Positions 53,011 through 60,940 of a stretch of DNA of 64,000 nt are shown here, in pieces. The notes under the pieces are model-generated. The model saw only the letters and a program-made list of their open reading frames with translations, was not told the origin of the DNA and did not search any database. The stretch's first letter is position 1. Every line of letters begins with the position of its first letter. The translations under genes and the position numbers were made by a program. The stretch lies in NCBI GenBank assembly GCA_963802335.1, contig CAWDIE010000008.1:564601-628600 (forward strand), in the 5' to 3' direction. The stretch comes from an uncultured Planctomycetota bacterium. GTDB lineage: Bacteria; Planctomycetota; PLA2; JAEUHO01.

Positions 53011-53865
53011 TTGAACACGGGGGACGGGGCCAAGGTCCGTACCTTGCGTCTGGATCTCGAGTTCGATGGCGAGGCGTTCTTCGGTTGGCAGCGGCAGGCG
53101 CGCGGGCGCACCGTCCAGGAGGTCGTGGAGACGGCGCTGAGCACCCTGCTCAGAGAGCCCGTGCGGGTCGTCGGGGCGGGCCGCACGGATGCCGGGGCCC
53201 ACGCCCGGCACATGGTGGCGTCCACCCGGGTCCGCTCCGACGCGCCCCTCGGGCGCATCGTGCGCGGGTTGATGGGGCTTCTGCCGGAGGACGTCGCCGT
53301 CCTCGACCTGCGGGAGGTGGATCCGGCGTTCCACGCGCGGCGAGACGCCCGCTGGAAGTGGTATCGCTACTCCGTTCTTCGGCGGCGCGGCGGGCGTCCG
53401 CTGCTGAGGCGAACGACCTGGGCCTGGTGGGGACCCCTCGATTCCGGGGCCCTGGATGCCATGGCCGGGCGGCTCCGCGGACGACACGATTTCGCCTCGT
53501 TCGAGAATCGCGGGTCCCCACGGCGCTCCACCGTGCGTACCCTGAAGGCCGTGCGCTGGACACGGGAAGAGGAGCTGCTCCATCTCGACATCGTGGGAGA
53601 CGGCTTTCTGTACAAGATGGTCCGCACGCTCGTCGGCACGATGGTCCAGGTGGCGCGCGCGCCGCTGGACCACGACGCTGCGAATCGACTGGAGACCATT
53701 CTCGACGCGCGCGACCGAACGGCGGCCGGACCGGCCGCCCCCGCCCATGGGCTCTGTCTCAGGGCCGTGGGATTCGACGTGGGCGACGCTGAACGTCGCC
53801 TACCACCGTTCCTGCTCCGGGATCTTGAAACCGCCCGGAGCAACACCTCTGGAGGACGCTCTTGA
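53011..53865 (+). CDS. truA: tRNA pseudouridine(38-40) synthase TruA
   Basis: LRLDLEFDGEAFFGWQRQ is present, and the catalytic Asp lies in GAGRTDAGAHA. The start is uncertain. TTG 53011 and TTG 53044 (giving MRLDLEFDG) are both in frame. There is no in-frame ATG or GTG. Confidence 0.88.
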   Translation: MNTGDGAKVRTLRLDLEFDGEAFFGWQRQARGRTVQEVVETALSTLLREPVRVVGAGRTDAGAHARHMVASTRVRSDAPLGRIVRGLMGLLPEDVAVLDLREVDPAFHARRDARWKWYRYSVLRRRGGRPLLRRTTWAWWGPLDSGALDAMAGRLRGRHDFASFENRGSPRRSTVRTLKAVRWTREEELLHLDIVGDGFLYKMVRTLVGTMVQVARAPLDHDAANRLETILDARDRTAAGPAAPAHGLCLRAVGFDVGDAERRLPPFLLRDLETARSNTSGGRS

Positions 53866-54263
53866 AGATCGTCATCACGGGCCGCAACGTCGGCGTGACC
53901 GACAGCATGAAGGCGTATGCGAAGGACAAGGTCGAGAAACTGCAGAAGTACTACGACCGGGCCACCATGGCGCACGTCACGATGGACGTCGAACACGACA
54001 CGCACTGTGTCGAGATGGTGTTCGACGTGCCGCGAGGCGTGCGACTCGTCGGCAAGGCCGAGGCCCCGGACATGTACGCTGCCTGTGACCTGGCGGAGCA
54101 GAAGCTCGCCGGGCAGCTCCGCCGCTACAAGCAGCGGCTCACCGATCACCATCGCGGCGAGCGGCCGGTACCGGCCGAGGAAGCGGCCGCCCCTGCCGCC
54201 CCCCAGGAGCGCGCCGAAACGTACGAAGACGTCATCGACCGAATGCGGCGAGGGGAAGGCTGA
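53862..54263 (+). CDS. hpf: ribosome hibernation promoting factor (sigma-54 modulation protein family)
   Basis: The sequence reads MKIVITGRNVGVTDSMKAYAKDKVEKLQKYY...DMYAACDLAEQKLAGQLRRYK. The TTG start overlaps the truA stop (TTGA) and has GGAGGA upstream. Confidence 0.9.
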   Translation: MKIVITGRNVGVTDSMKAYAKDKVEKLQKYYDRATMAHVTMDVEHDTHCVEMVFDVPRGVRLVGKAEAPDMYAACDLAEQKLAGQLRRYKQRLTDHHRGERPVPAEEAAAPAAPQERAETYEDVIDRMRRGEG

Positions 54264-54360
54264 CCTGTACCATCGTTTCCGCTCCGAGGCGCCGTCGCGG
54301 CCCTGTTCGCGGCGGCGTCCGGGCGATACGATCTGACCGAGACCGACCACGAGGATCGCG

Positions 54361-54861
54361 ATGCCAGTCACGAAAGTCATCGACCACGTCCGTGAGGACC
54401 ACTGCCTGCCGGCGCTGCAGGGGGAAACCCGGGAGGAGGTCATCGAGGAACTCGCCGAGCTCTTCGTTTCCTCGGGTGCCCTTTCGACGGATGAGCGGGA
54501 CGCGATCGTCGAGAGTGTGCGCGAGCGGGAGGCCGCTGCCACGACCGGGGTGGGGAACGGCATCGCGTTGCCCCATCCGAAGAGCGTCCAGGACGTAGCG
54601 TTCCTCGACTCCGTCCTGATCGCCGTTGGTATCGCACCGACGGGCGTCGACTTCCGCGCCACGGACGGCGAGCCGGTCTACATCGTTTTCCTCGTGGCGT
54701 CGCCCGACAACCTGGCCTACCTCGAGGTGGCCAAGCGCATCGCCGCGCTCGCCAAGGGGGGGGCGCACCAAGACAAGTGGCGTCGCTTGATCCGCCGCTG
54801 CAAGACGCCCGCCTCGATGCGGGAGGCGCTCCAGGACGCCTGGGAGGAGCTGGCACCTTGA
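54361..54861 (+). CDS. ptsN: PTS IIA-like nitrogen-regulatory protein PtsN (EIIA-Ntr)
   Basis: The phosphorylatable His context is TGVGNGIALPHPKS. The PTS_EIIA_2 fold pattern is present. The gene lies downstream of rpoN and hpf. Confidence 0.88.
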   Translation: MPVTKVIDHVREDHCLPALQGETREEVIEELAELFVSSGALSTDERDAIVESVREREAAATTGVGNGIALPHPKSVQDVAFLDSVLIAVGIAPTGVDFRATDGEPVYIVFLVASPDNLAYLEVAKRIAALAKGGAHQDKWRRLIRRCKTPASMREALQDAWEELAP

Positions 54862-55184
54862 CGAACGCTCCTCTCAGCGAAAACGGGGCCTGCCGCGCGC
54901 GCGTGGAGGTCCTCTACGAGCGTGGGCTGCACGCCCGCCCGGCGATGCTCCTGGCCCAGCGGGCCCAGCAATTCCAGTCCGACATCGCGATCGTCCTGGT
55001 CAAGACCCCGGTGGCTACCTCGACGCCCCTGGGTACGCGGGCCGACGCGAAGAACATCATGGACTTGATGTTCCTCGCCGCGCCCTGCGGCACGGAGCTG
55101 GAGGTCGAGGCGCAGGGTCCGGACGCCGAGGCGGCGGTCGAAGCGCTCAAGACCCTGTTCGAGGAGCGGTTCGGCATCGCCTGA
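54858..55184 (+). CDS. npr: HPr-family phosphocarrier (NPr-like)
   Basis: The active-site His is in RGLHARPA. The ADAKNIMDLMFLAA..GTELEVEAQGPDAEAAVEAL pattern is present. The TTG start overlaps the ptsN stop (TTGA). This is the inner part of track ORF 54777..55184. Confidence 0.8.
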   Translation: MTNAPLSENGACRARVEVLYERGLHARPAMLLAQRAQQFQSDIAIVLVKTPVATSTPLGTRADAKNIMDLMFLAAPCGTELEVEAQGPDAEAAVEALKTLFEERFGIA

Positions 55185-55267
55185 GGCCGAGGCGCGGCGC
55201 CGGGCGTCCCCCGTGGGCCCCCGGCAAACAGAGCGCCCGTGGGGGGGACGCGGTAGCTTGCGCGCCC

Positions 55268-57004
55268 GTGATCTCCTCCGCACCCATGATCCAGTTGACC
55301 GGCATCCCCGTCGCGGGCGGCTCGCGCGTGGGTCGGATCGTCATCGTGGAGGAAGCGCCGGGGTATGCGATCCCCCTGAAGGCCCGGGGCGTTCCCGCCG
55401 TGGAACGGGCTCGCCTGGCCAGCGCGGTCGAGGTGGCGCACGCCGGGCTGGAACGCAACCGTGCCGCGCTCGGCGGGGACGCCAGCGTCGGTGAGATCTT
55501 CCGCGTTCACGGGGAGATGCTCGACGCCATCCGCCCGATCATCGAGGAAGCCATTCAGGACGGCGCCAGCGCCGAGCAGGCCGTCGCGCGGGTGCTCCAC
55601 CGCCAGGCGGAGCGCATCGCGGCGACGGACAACGAGATGCTGGCCCAGCGGGGCCGCGACGTCCGCGACCTCGAGCGGCGCCTGCTGCGGGCGCTGTCGG
55701 GGCTGGAGGCCTCGACGCCGACCGCCTCGGAAGGCGATGGGCCCACCGTCGTCGTGGCCCGGGACCTGTCTCCCTCGGACACCGCCGCGCTGGACGGCCA
55801 GGACGTAGCGGCCATTGCAATCGAGTTGGGTGGCAGCACGAGTCACACCGCCGTGATCGCCAAGTCCCTCGGCATCCCATGCGTCGTCGGCGTCGAGGGC
55901 TTGATGGCCCACGCGCAGCCCGGCGAGTCGATCTGGGTCGACGGCACGCAGGGGCTGGTGGTCCTGAATCCCGACCCGGACACCGTCGCGCGCGCGCGCG
56001 GCATCGGAGAGCGGTACGAACGCCTCGAGGAGATCCTGCTTCGCGAGAGCCACCTCCCCGCCGAGACCCTGGACGGGCATCGCGTCCATCTCTACGCCAA
56101 CGTGGAGTACCCGATGGACGTGGAGGCCGGGCGGGAGCGAGGTTCGGAGGGCGTCGGGCTCTACCGCACCGAGTTCCTCTACGACCTCGTCCACGGACTC
56201 CCGGACGAAGAAGAGCATCTGCAGGCCTACCGCGAGACCTTGGCGAGTGTGGACGGCGGGCGCCTCACCATCCGGACCTTCGACTTCGGAAGCGACAAGA
56301 TGACGCCCGGACAGGCCAGCGCCGAGGCGAACCCTGCCATGGGCCTCCGGTCGCTGCGTTGGTGTTTCGCGCACCCCGACGTCTTCCTCGTCCAGCTCCG
56401 GGCACTCCTGCGGGTGGCGGCGGAGGGCGACGTCCGGATTCTGCTCCCCATGGTCGGCAGCGTCAGTGAGATTCGCCGCGCCAAGGCCATGTTGCGTCAG
56501 GCCGCGCGCGAGCTGGCGGCCGAGGGCGTGCCGCACAGGGCCGACCCGCCGATCGGGATCATGATCGAGATTCCCGCGGCTGCGGTCATCGCGGATGTGC
56601 TCGCTCGGGAGGTCGACTTCTTCTCCATCGGCACCAACGACCTGATCCAGTACGACCTCGCCGTGGACCGCGTGAACCCACGGGTCGCTCCGCTGTTTCG
56701 GGCGTCGCACCCCAGCGTGCTTCGCCTCATCGACGGGACGATCCGTGCCGCCGCGGACGCCGGTATCACGGTGACCATGTGTGGGGAGATGGGGGGGCAC
56801 TCCATCTACACGGGCTTGCTTCTCGGCATGGGCATCCGCGAGTTCAGCCTGACCCCGGGCTACCTTCCGCGTGTCCGGCGCCTCCTCCGTGGGCTGACCC
56901 TGCGCCGGGCGCGCTCCGTCGCCGCCCAGTGCCTGCGTCTGGGCACCGCGCAGGAGGTCGAGGACTTCCTGCACGCCCGCATCACACCCGTGGGGATGGG
57001 GTAA
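55268..57004 (+). CDS. ptsI: phosphoenolpyruvate-protein phosphotransferase (PTS Enzyme I, no GAF domain)
   Basis: The phospho-His region is GGSTSHTAVIAKSLGIPCVVG. Also present are GLYRTEFL, SIGTNDLIQY and CGEMGG. The start is GTG 55268 or ATG 55286. Confidence 0.9.
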   Translation: MISSAPMIQLTGIPVAGGSRVGRIVIVEEAPGYAIPLKARGVPAVERARLASAVEVAHAGLERNRAALGGDASVGEIFRVHGEMLDAIRPIIEEAIQDGASAEQAVARVLHRQAERIAATDNEMLAQRGRDVRDLERRLLRALSGLEASTPTASEGDGPTVVVARDLSPSDTAALDGQDVAAIAIELGGSTSHTAVIAKSLGIPCVVGVEGLMAHAQPGESIWVDGTQGLVVLNPDPDTVARARGIGERYERLEEILLRESHLPAETLDGHRVHLYANVEYPMDVEAGRERGSEGVGLYRTEFLYDLVHGLPDEEEHLQAYRETLASVDGGRLTIRTFDFGSDKMTPGQASAEANPAMGLRSLRWCFAHPDVFLVQLRALLRVAAEGDVRILLPMVGSVSEIRRAKAMLRQAARELAAEGVPHRADPPIGIMIEIPAAAVIADVLAREVDFFSIGTNDLIQYDLAVDRVNPRVAPLFRASHPSVLRLIDGTIRAAADAGITVTMCGEMGGHSIYTGLLLGMGIREFSLTPGYLPRVRRLLRGLTLRRARSVAAQCLRLGTAQEVEDFLHARITPVGMG

Positions 57005-57313
57005 CGCCCGCCTAACGAGGTCCGGGTGGGGGACGAGGGGCGCGGGGTGAACGCGGTCACGAGGTGGGGACCGTGGTGCGGCGGTGACCTCATGCGGACA
57101 CGAGGCGACCTTGCCCCCGCCCAACGCGGCCCCTGCGGCGGCCGTCCCGGGGGCGCGCGCCAGGGCCTTCCCGCGGTCCCGCGTGGCCATAATCCGCCGC
57201 GGGATGTCCAGATTGCCCAACGTCCGCGTCCTTACGGACTCAAGGTCACGGGGCGGCCGGGCCGAAAGGGGGGCCGGCTCGAGGCCCGCAGCGGGTCTCC
57301 TTGGGAGACGGGC

Positions 57314-58345
57314 ATGCTCTTCCGAAAGATCCGAAGTCTGATCGGACTAGACGTCGGTACACGAGCGGTGAAGGCCGTGGAACTCACGTGGAACGCGGGT
57401 CCGGTCATCACCGGGTTCGGTTACGCGGAGCTTCCCAGCCCCGACGCGGTACCCGAAACGGTCCTCAGGGTGCTGCGTGAGAACGACTTCCATTCCCGGA
57501 GGGTGGTCACCTCGGTGAGCGGCAAGGCCGTCATCGTGCGTTACTTGACCATGTACCGGATGGGGGCGGACGATCTCCGCAACGCGATCCGCTTCGAAGC
57601 GGACAAGTACATCCCGTTCGATGTCGACGAGGTCGTGCTCGACTGCCAGCCCTTCGAGGCAGACGGGGTCGGGGACTTGGCGCCGAACGAGATGCGCGTC
57701 CTGCTGGTCGCCTGCAAGCGAGCCGTCATCGACGAGCAGCTTCGCCTCCTCGCTTCGGCCGGCCTGCATCCGGAGATCGTCGACGTCGACGTGTTCGCGC
57801 TCGGCAATGCGTTCGAGACGGCCGTGCAGCGCGGTCCCGAGGGAGGGAACCGCGTGTCCGCGCTCGTGGACGTCGGTGCATCCAAGACCTGCGTGAACCT
57901 CGTGCGTGCCGGCACCTCGCTGTTCACGCGTGAGATCCATGCCGGCGGCGACGCGTTCACGACGGCGATTGCGAACCGCCTCGGTCTGAAGCAGAGTGAA
58001 GCCGAGAGCTTGAAGCAGCGACCCGGCCAGGAGGTCGAGCGAGTGCGGGCGGCCGTCACCCCGGCCGTCGACGACCTCGCGGCGGAGATCCGACTCTCCT
58101 TCGAGTACTTCGAAAACCAGTTCGACCTGGGCATCGACGAGGTGCTGCTGTCGGGCGGCGGTGGCCGCCTCGTGGGCCTCAGCGACGACCTGGGGCGCAT
58201 CTTCGATCGACCGACGATGACCTGGGACGCGACCGGCGACATGCCGATCGCGGCAGGCACCGTGGATGTGGACGCACTGCGGGAACACGTGAGCGAGCTA
58301 TCCGTGGCGATCGGACTCGCGTCCCGCGTGCGGAGGAGCGCCTGA
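57314..58345 (+). CDS. pilM: type IV pilus assembly protein PilM (actin-like ATPase fold)
   Basis: The sequence reads IGLDVGTRAVKAVEL...FEADKYIPFDVDEVVLD...VDVGASKTCVNLV...LLSGGGGRL. This is the inner ATG of track ORF 57026..58345. Confidence 0.9.
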   Translation: MLFRKIRSLIGLDVGTRAVKAVELTWNAGPVITGFGYAELPSPDAVPETVLRVLRENDFHSRRVVTSVSGKAVIVRYLTMYRMGADDLRNAIRFEADKYIPFDVDEVVLDCQPFEADGVGDLAPNEMRVLLVACKRAVIDEQLRLLASAGLHPEIVDVDVFALGNAFETAVQRGPEGGNRVSALVDVGASKTCVNLVRAGTSLFTREIHAGGDAFTTAIANRLGLKQSEAESLKQRPGQEVERVRAAVTPAVDDLAAEIRLSFEYFENQFDLGIDEVLLSGGGGRLVGLSDDLGRIFDRPTMTWDATGDMPIAAGTVDVDALREHVSELSVAIGLASRVRRSA

Positions 58346-58348
58346 GCC

Positions 58349-59089
58349 ATGATCCAGATCAACCTGCTCCCCCCGGAATACCGGCCGCGGACGGGCACCC
58401 CGATCGCGCGCTTCGTTGCGATTCTCGCGGGTGTCGTCCTCGTCGCCAGTGCATCGGGCGCGTATGCGTACACGCACTTCATCGAGCTTGCCAACGTCAA
58501 GGAATTGCGCGACGTCAAGCTCGAAGAGGTTCGCGGCAAGGAGGCGCAGCGCGATCGCTCGCTCGCCCTCCAGAAGGAAATCGATCTCTACGAGAAGCGG
58601 CGGAGCGCGATCCAGACGATCAACCGCTCCCGCACCCTGTGGTCGCGCAAGCTGGATCAGTTCTTCGACATCGCGACCAGCCAGAGTTCTGAGGATCCGT
58701 ACCAGGTCTGGCTGGAGAACATCGAGGTTCCCCCGCAGAGCGCGCCCGTGGCGAATCGTCGCCGCAAGAACGCGCCCCAGTCCGGCGGCGCCTTCCGATT
58801 CGACGGCTACCTGGCCATGGATGAGTCCACGGATGCACCGGCCCTCTCGAGCACGTTCTTCCGGGCGCTGACCGGCGATCCGGACGTCACGGGCGAGATG
58901 ACGGACTTCTACCGGGACTTCATGCAGATCAACAACCCCAACATCGCCGTCGTCAGCCACGGCGCCCGTAGGGACGAGGAACAGCTCCTCCCCCCGGTCG
59001 TCGGGCAGTTCCACTACGAGCTGATACTGAAGCCGCCGCAGGACGAGAAGAAGTCCGCGGCAGCCAAGTCGGCCCGGCGTAGCAAGTAG
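58349..59089 (+). CDS. pilN: PilN-like fimbrial assembly protein
   Basis: The N-terminus MIQINLLPPEYR is the PilM-binding motif. It is followed by a single TM helix and a coiled-coil. The start is 3 nt after the pilM stop. Confidence 0.8.
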   Translation: MIQINLLPPEYRPRTGTPIARFVAILAGVVLVASASGAYAYTHFIELANVKELRDVKLEEVRGKEAQRDRSLALQKEIDLYEKRRSAIQTINRSRTLWSRKLDQFFDIATSQSSEDPYQVWLENIEVPPQSAPVANRRRKNAPQSGGAFRFDGYLAMDESTDAPALSSTFFRALTGDPDVTGEMTDFYRDFMQINNPNIAVVSHGARRDEEQLLPPVVGQFHYELILKPPQDEKKSAAAKSARRSK

Positions 59090-59099
59090 GGAGGCACTC

Positions 59100-60614
59100 G
59101 TGTCCAAGCTTTCCGAGCGCCAGCGTCTGATCCTCACGATCGCGGTGGGGGTTCTCCTCACGGGTGGTCTCGTCGCGCTGATCCTCAAGGATCGAGGCGA
59201 GATCAAGACCGTTCGCGACGAGATCGCCTCCCTGGATCAGCGCATCCGGGCGGCCGACGTCGAGATCAAGAAGACCCGCGACCGCGAGAACCGGGTCCTC
59301 GTCTTCCGCGCCGTCGAGAATCGCGAACTCGCGGTCCTCCCGACGCGGCAGAAGATCGCGAGCTTCCACCGCAACCTCAGTACGTTCCTCGCGTCGGCGG
59401 GGCTCCGCTTCCAGGAGCTCCCCGAGAGCGAGCCGAAGGACAGCGGGTTGGCCAAGGGCATCTTCGTCACACGAAGTGCGCTGTCCTTCCAGGGAGACTC
59501 GGCTTCCACGCTCCGCTTCGTGAACATGATGGAGAACGACCCGCGCCTCGTGGCGATCAAGGGGCTCACGCTCGACGCGGGTCAGAAGAACAAGGACGAT
59601 CCGACCCAGCCGGTGATCCATGACGGTCAGGTCCACATTGAGACCTACTTCTACAACCCCGGTGCCGTCACCATGGCGCGGATGCACATCCCCAGCGCGG
59701 AGGCGCGTCTGCAGGAGCCGGAGATCAAGGCCGCAATCGCCGCCTTCCAGCCCGAGCGTCCGGACAGCTACACCCTGCGTCCTTCGGCGAGTCGCCGCGA
59801 TCCCCTCGTGGATCCGCGCGTCGCCGCGCCCAAGGTGGATGAGGAAGAGCTGAAGCGCACGTTCGAGCAGCAGGAAACGATCGTGCTCGAAATCGAGGCC
59901 CAGCTCAACGACATCAACGAGCGGGTCGAGCAGGAGAAGGCCCTCGGCAATGCGGGCGACGTGTTCCGCCAGGACCGCGTCCAGGCCGAGGTGGACGTGC
60001 TCCTCAACGAGGTCAATGCGTACCTGGCCCAAATCGACCAGAACAAGTCCATCACGCTTCCCGAGCTCGCCAAGCGACTCGAGCGCGTGCGCGAAGCGAC
60101 ATCGGACCTCAACGGCCGGCGTCCCCCCCGCATCCTGACGGTACCGCGGCATGCCGCCGAGCGTACCTACGAGACCGTCGAGTCCGCCTTCGTGCGCGGT
60201 GACTACACGGAGGTCTCGAACCTCGTGGCCCAGTGGTCCAAGTTCATCGAGGGCAAGGCCGTCGATGCCGACGCCGTGGAGCTCTCGCAGGCCATCGTGC
60301 AGCTTCGTCCGCGCGCAAAGCGGCTGGCCGAGTTCCAGAGCATCCCGCTCCGGGTCACGGGCACGATCGTTCACCCCATGGACCCGGGCCGGAGCGTCGC
60401 TCTCGTCAACGGCCGCCCGTTGCACGTCGGGGAGCGTCTGTCCGATCGCGGCGACGTGCTCGTGACTGAGATCACGCGCGAAGCGGTCATCTTCGAATAC
60501 AAGGGCGAGGCGATTCGTGTTCGCCGTCGTCGGGGCGGACCGGACGACAAGCCCCGCGTCGGCGCGGTGGACGTGATCGAACCGGCGGGGACCCCTGCGA
60601 CGTTGGGGGGGTGA
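59100..60614 (+). CDS. PilO-like protein fused to a long helical spacer and a PilP-like C-terminal beta domain
   Basis: The start is GTG with GGGAGG upstream. A TM helix (LILTIAVGVLLTGGLVALIL) and coiled-coil are followed by a ferredoxin-like PilO core (...LSFQGDSASTLRFVNMMENDPRLVAIKGLTL). The C-terminus IPLRVTGTIVHPMDPGRSVALVNGRPLHVGERLSDRGDVLVTEITREAVIFEYKGEAIRV looks like PilP. Confidence 0.65.
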   Translation: MSKLSERQRLILTIAVGVLLTGGLVALILKDRGEIKTVRDEIASLDQRIRAADVEIKKTRDRENRVLVFRAVENRELAVLPTRQKIASFHRNLSTFLASAGLRFQELPESEPKDSGLAKGIFVTRSALSFQGDSASTLRFVNMMENDPRLVAIKGLTLDAGQKNKDDPTQPVIHDGQVHIETYFYNPGAVTMARMHIPSAEARLQEPEIKAAIAAFQPERPDSYTLRPSASRRDPLVDPRVAAPKVDEEELKRTFEQQETIVLEIEAQLNDINERVEQEKALGNAGDVFRQDRVQAEVDVLLNEVNAYLAQIDQNKSITLPELAKRLERVREATSDLNGRRPPRILTVPRHAAERTYETVESAFVRGDYTEVSNLVAQWSKFIEGKAVDADAVELSQAIVQLRPRAKRLAEFQSIPLRVTGTIVHPMDPGRSVALVNGRPLHVGERLSDRGDVLVTEITREAVIFEYKGEAIRVRRRRGGPDDKPRVGAVDVIEPAGTPATLGG

Positions 60615-60639
60615 CCCCCGGGACCTCGTGAATGAACTG

Positions 60640-60678
60640 GACGCCCGGTCGCGCCTCGCGGCCGGGCGTCTCTCTTGG
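60640..60678 (+). terminator. candidate intrinsic terminator after the pilO/P gene
   Basis: The stem GACGCCCGG (60640-60648) pairs with CCGGGCGTC (60662-60670), with an inner CGCG/CGCG pairing. It is followed by TCTCTCTT. Confidence 0.4.
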
Positions 60679-60940
60679 GCTCTTGGAGATTGCGATGCGA
60701 GTGCAGCAAGACGGCAGACGGACGCGTACTGTCATCGGTTTGTCGCGTGCACGCACGCGCATTGTCTCCGATGGGTCACGACGAACTGGCTCGCGGCTGA
60801 TTTCAGCTTGCGAGAGGTTCAGGACCGAGGCCTTGCCCTTGGTCTTGGGGGTGCCTTGGGCTTTACTTCAGCCGGAGGATGACCGACAGGTAGGCAAGAG
60901 GAGGCAGGTGGGAATCCTGCCCTCAAAGCGGGAGGAGCCG

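Noticed and set aside
54851-54866. TGGCACCTTGACGAA at the ptsN/npr junction considered as a sigma-54 promoter
   Set aside because: It lacks a -12 TTGC at the correct spacing and lies inside coding sequence at a translationally coupled junction.
54914-57220. 768-aa minus-strand ORF
   Set aside because: It is antisense to npr and ptsI and is compositionally Arg/Gly/Pro/Asp-rich nonsense.
60684-60699. TGGAGATTGCGATGC upstream of pilQ considered as a sigma-54 -24/-12 element
   Set aside because: It satisfies only GG-N10-GC, with poor flanking matches, and lies 240 nt from the start codon. That is too weak to report as a feature.
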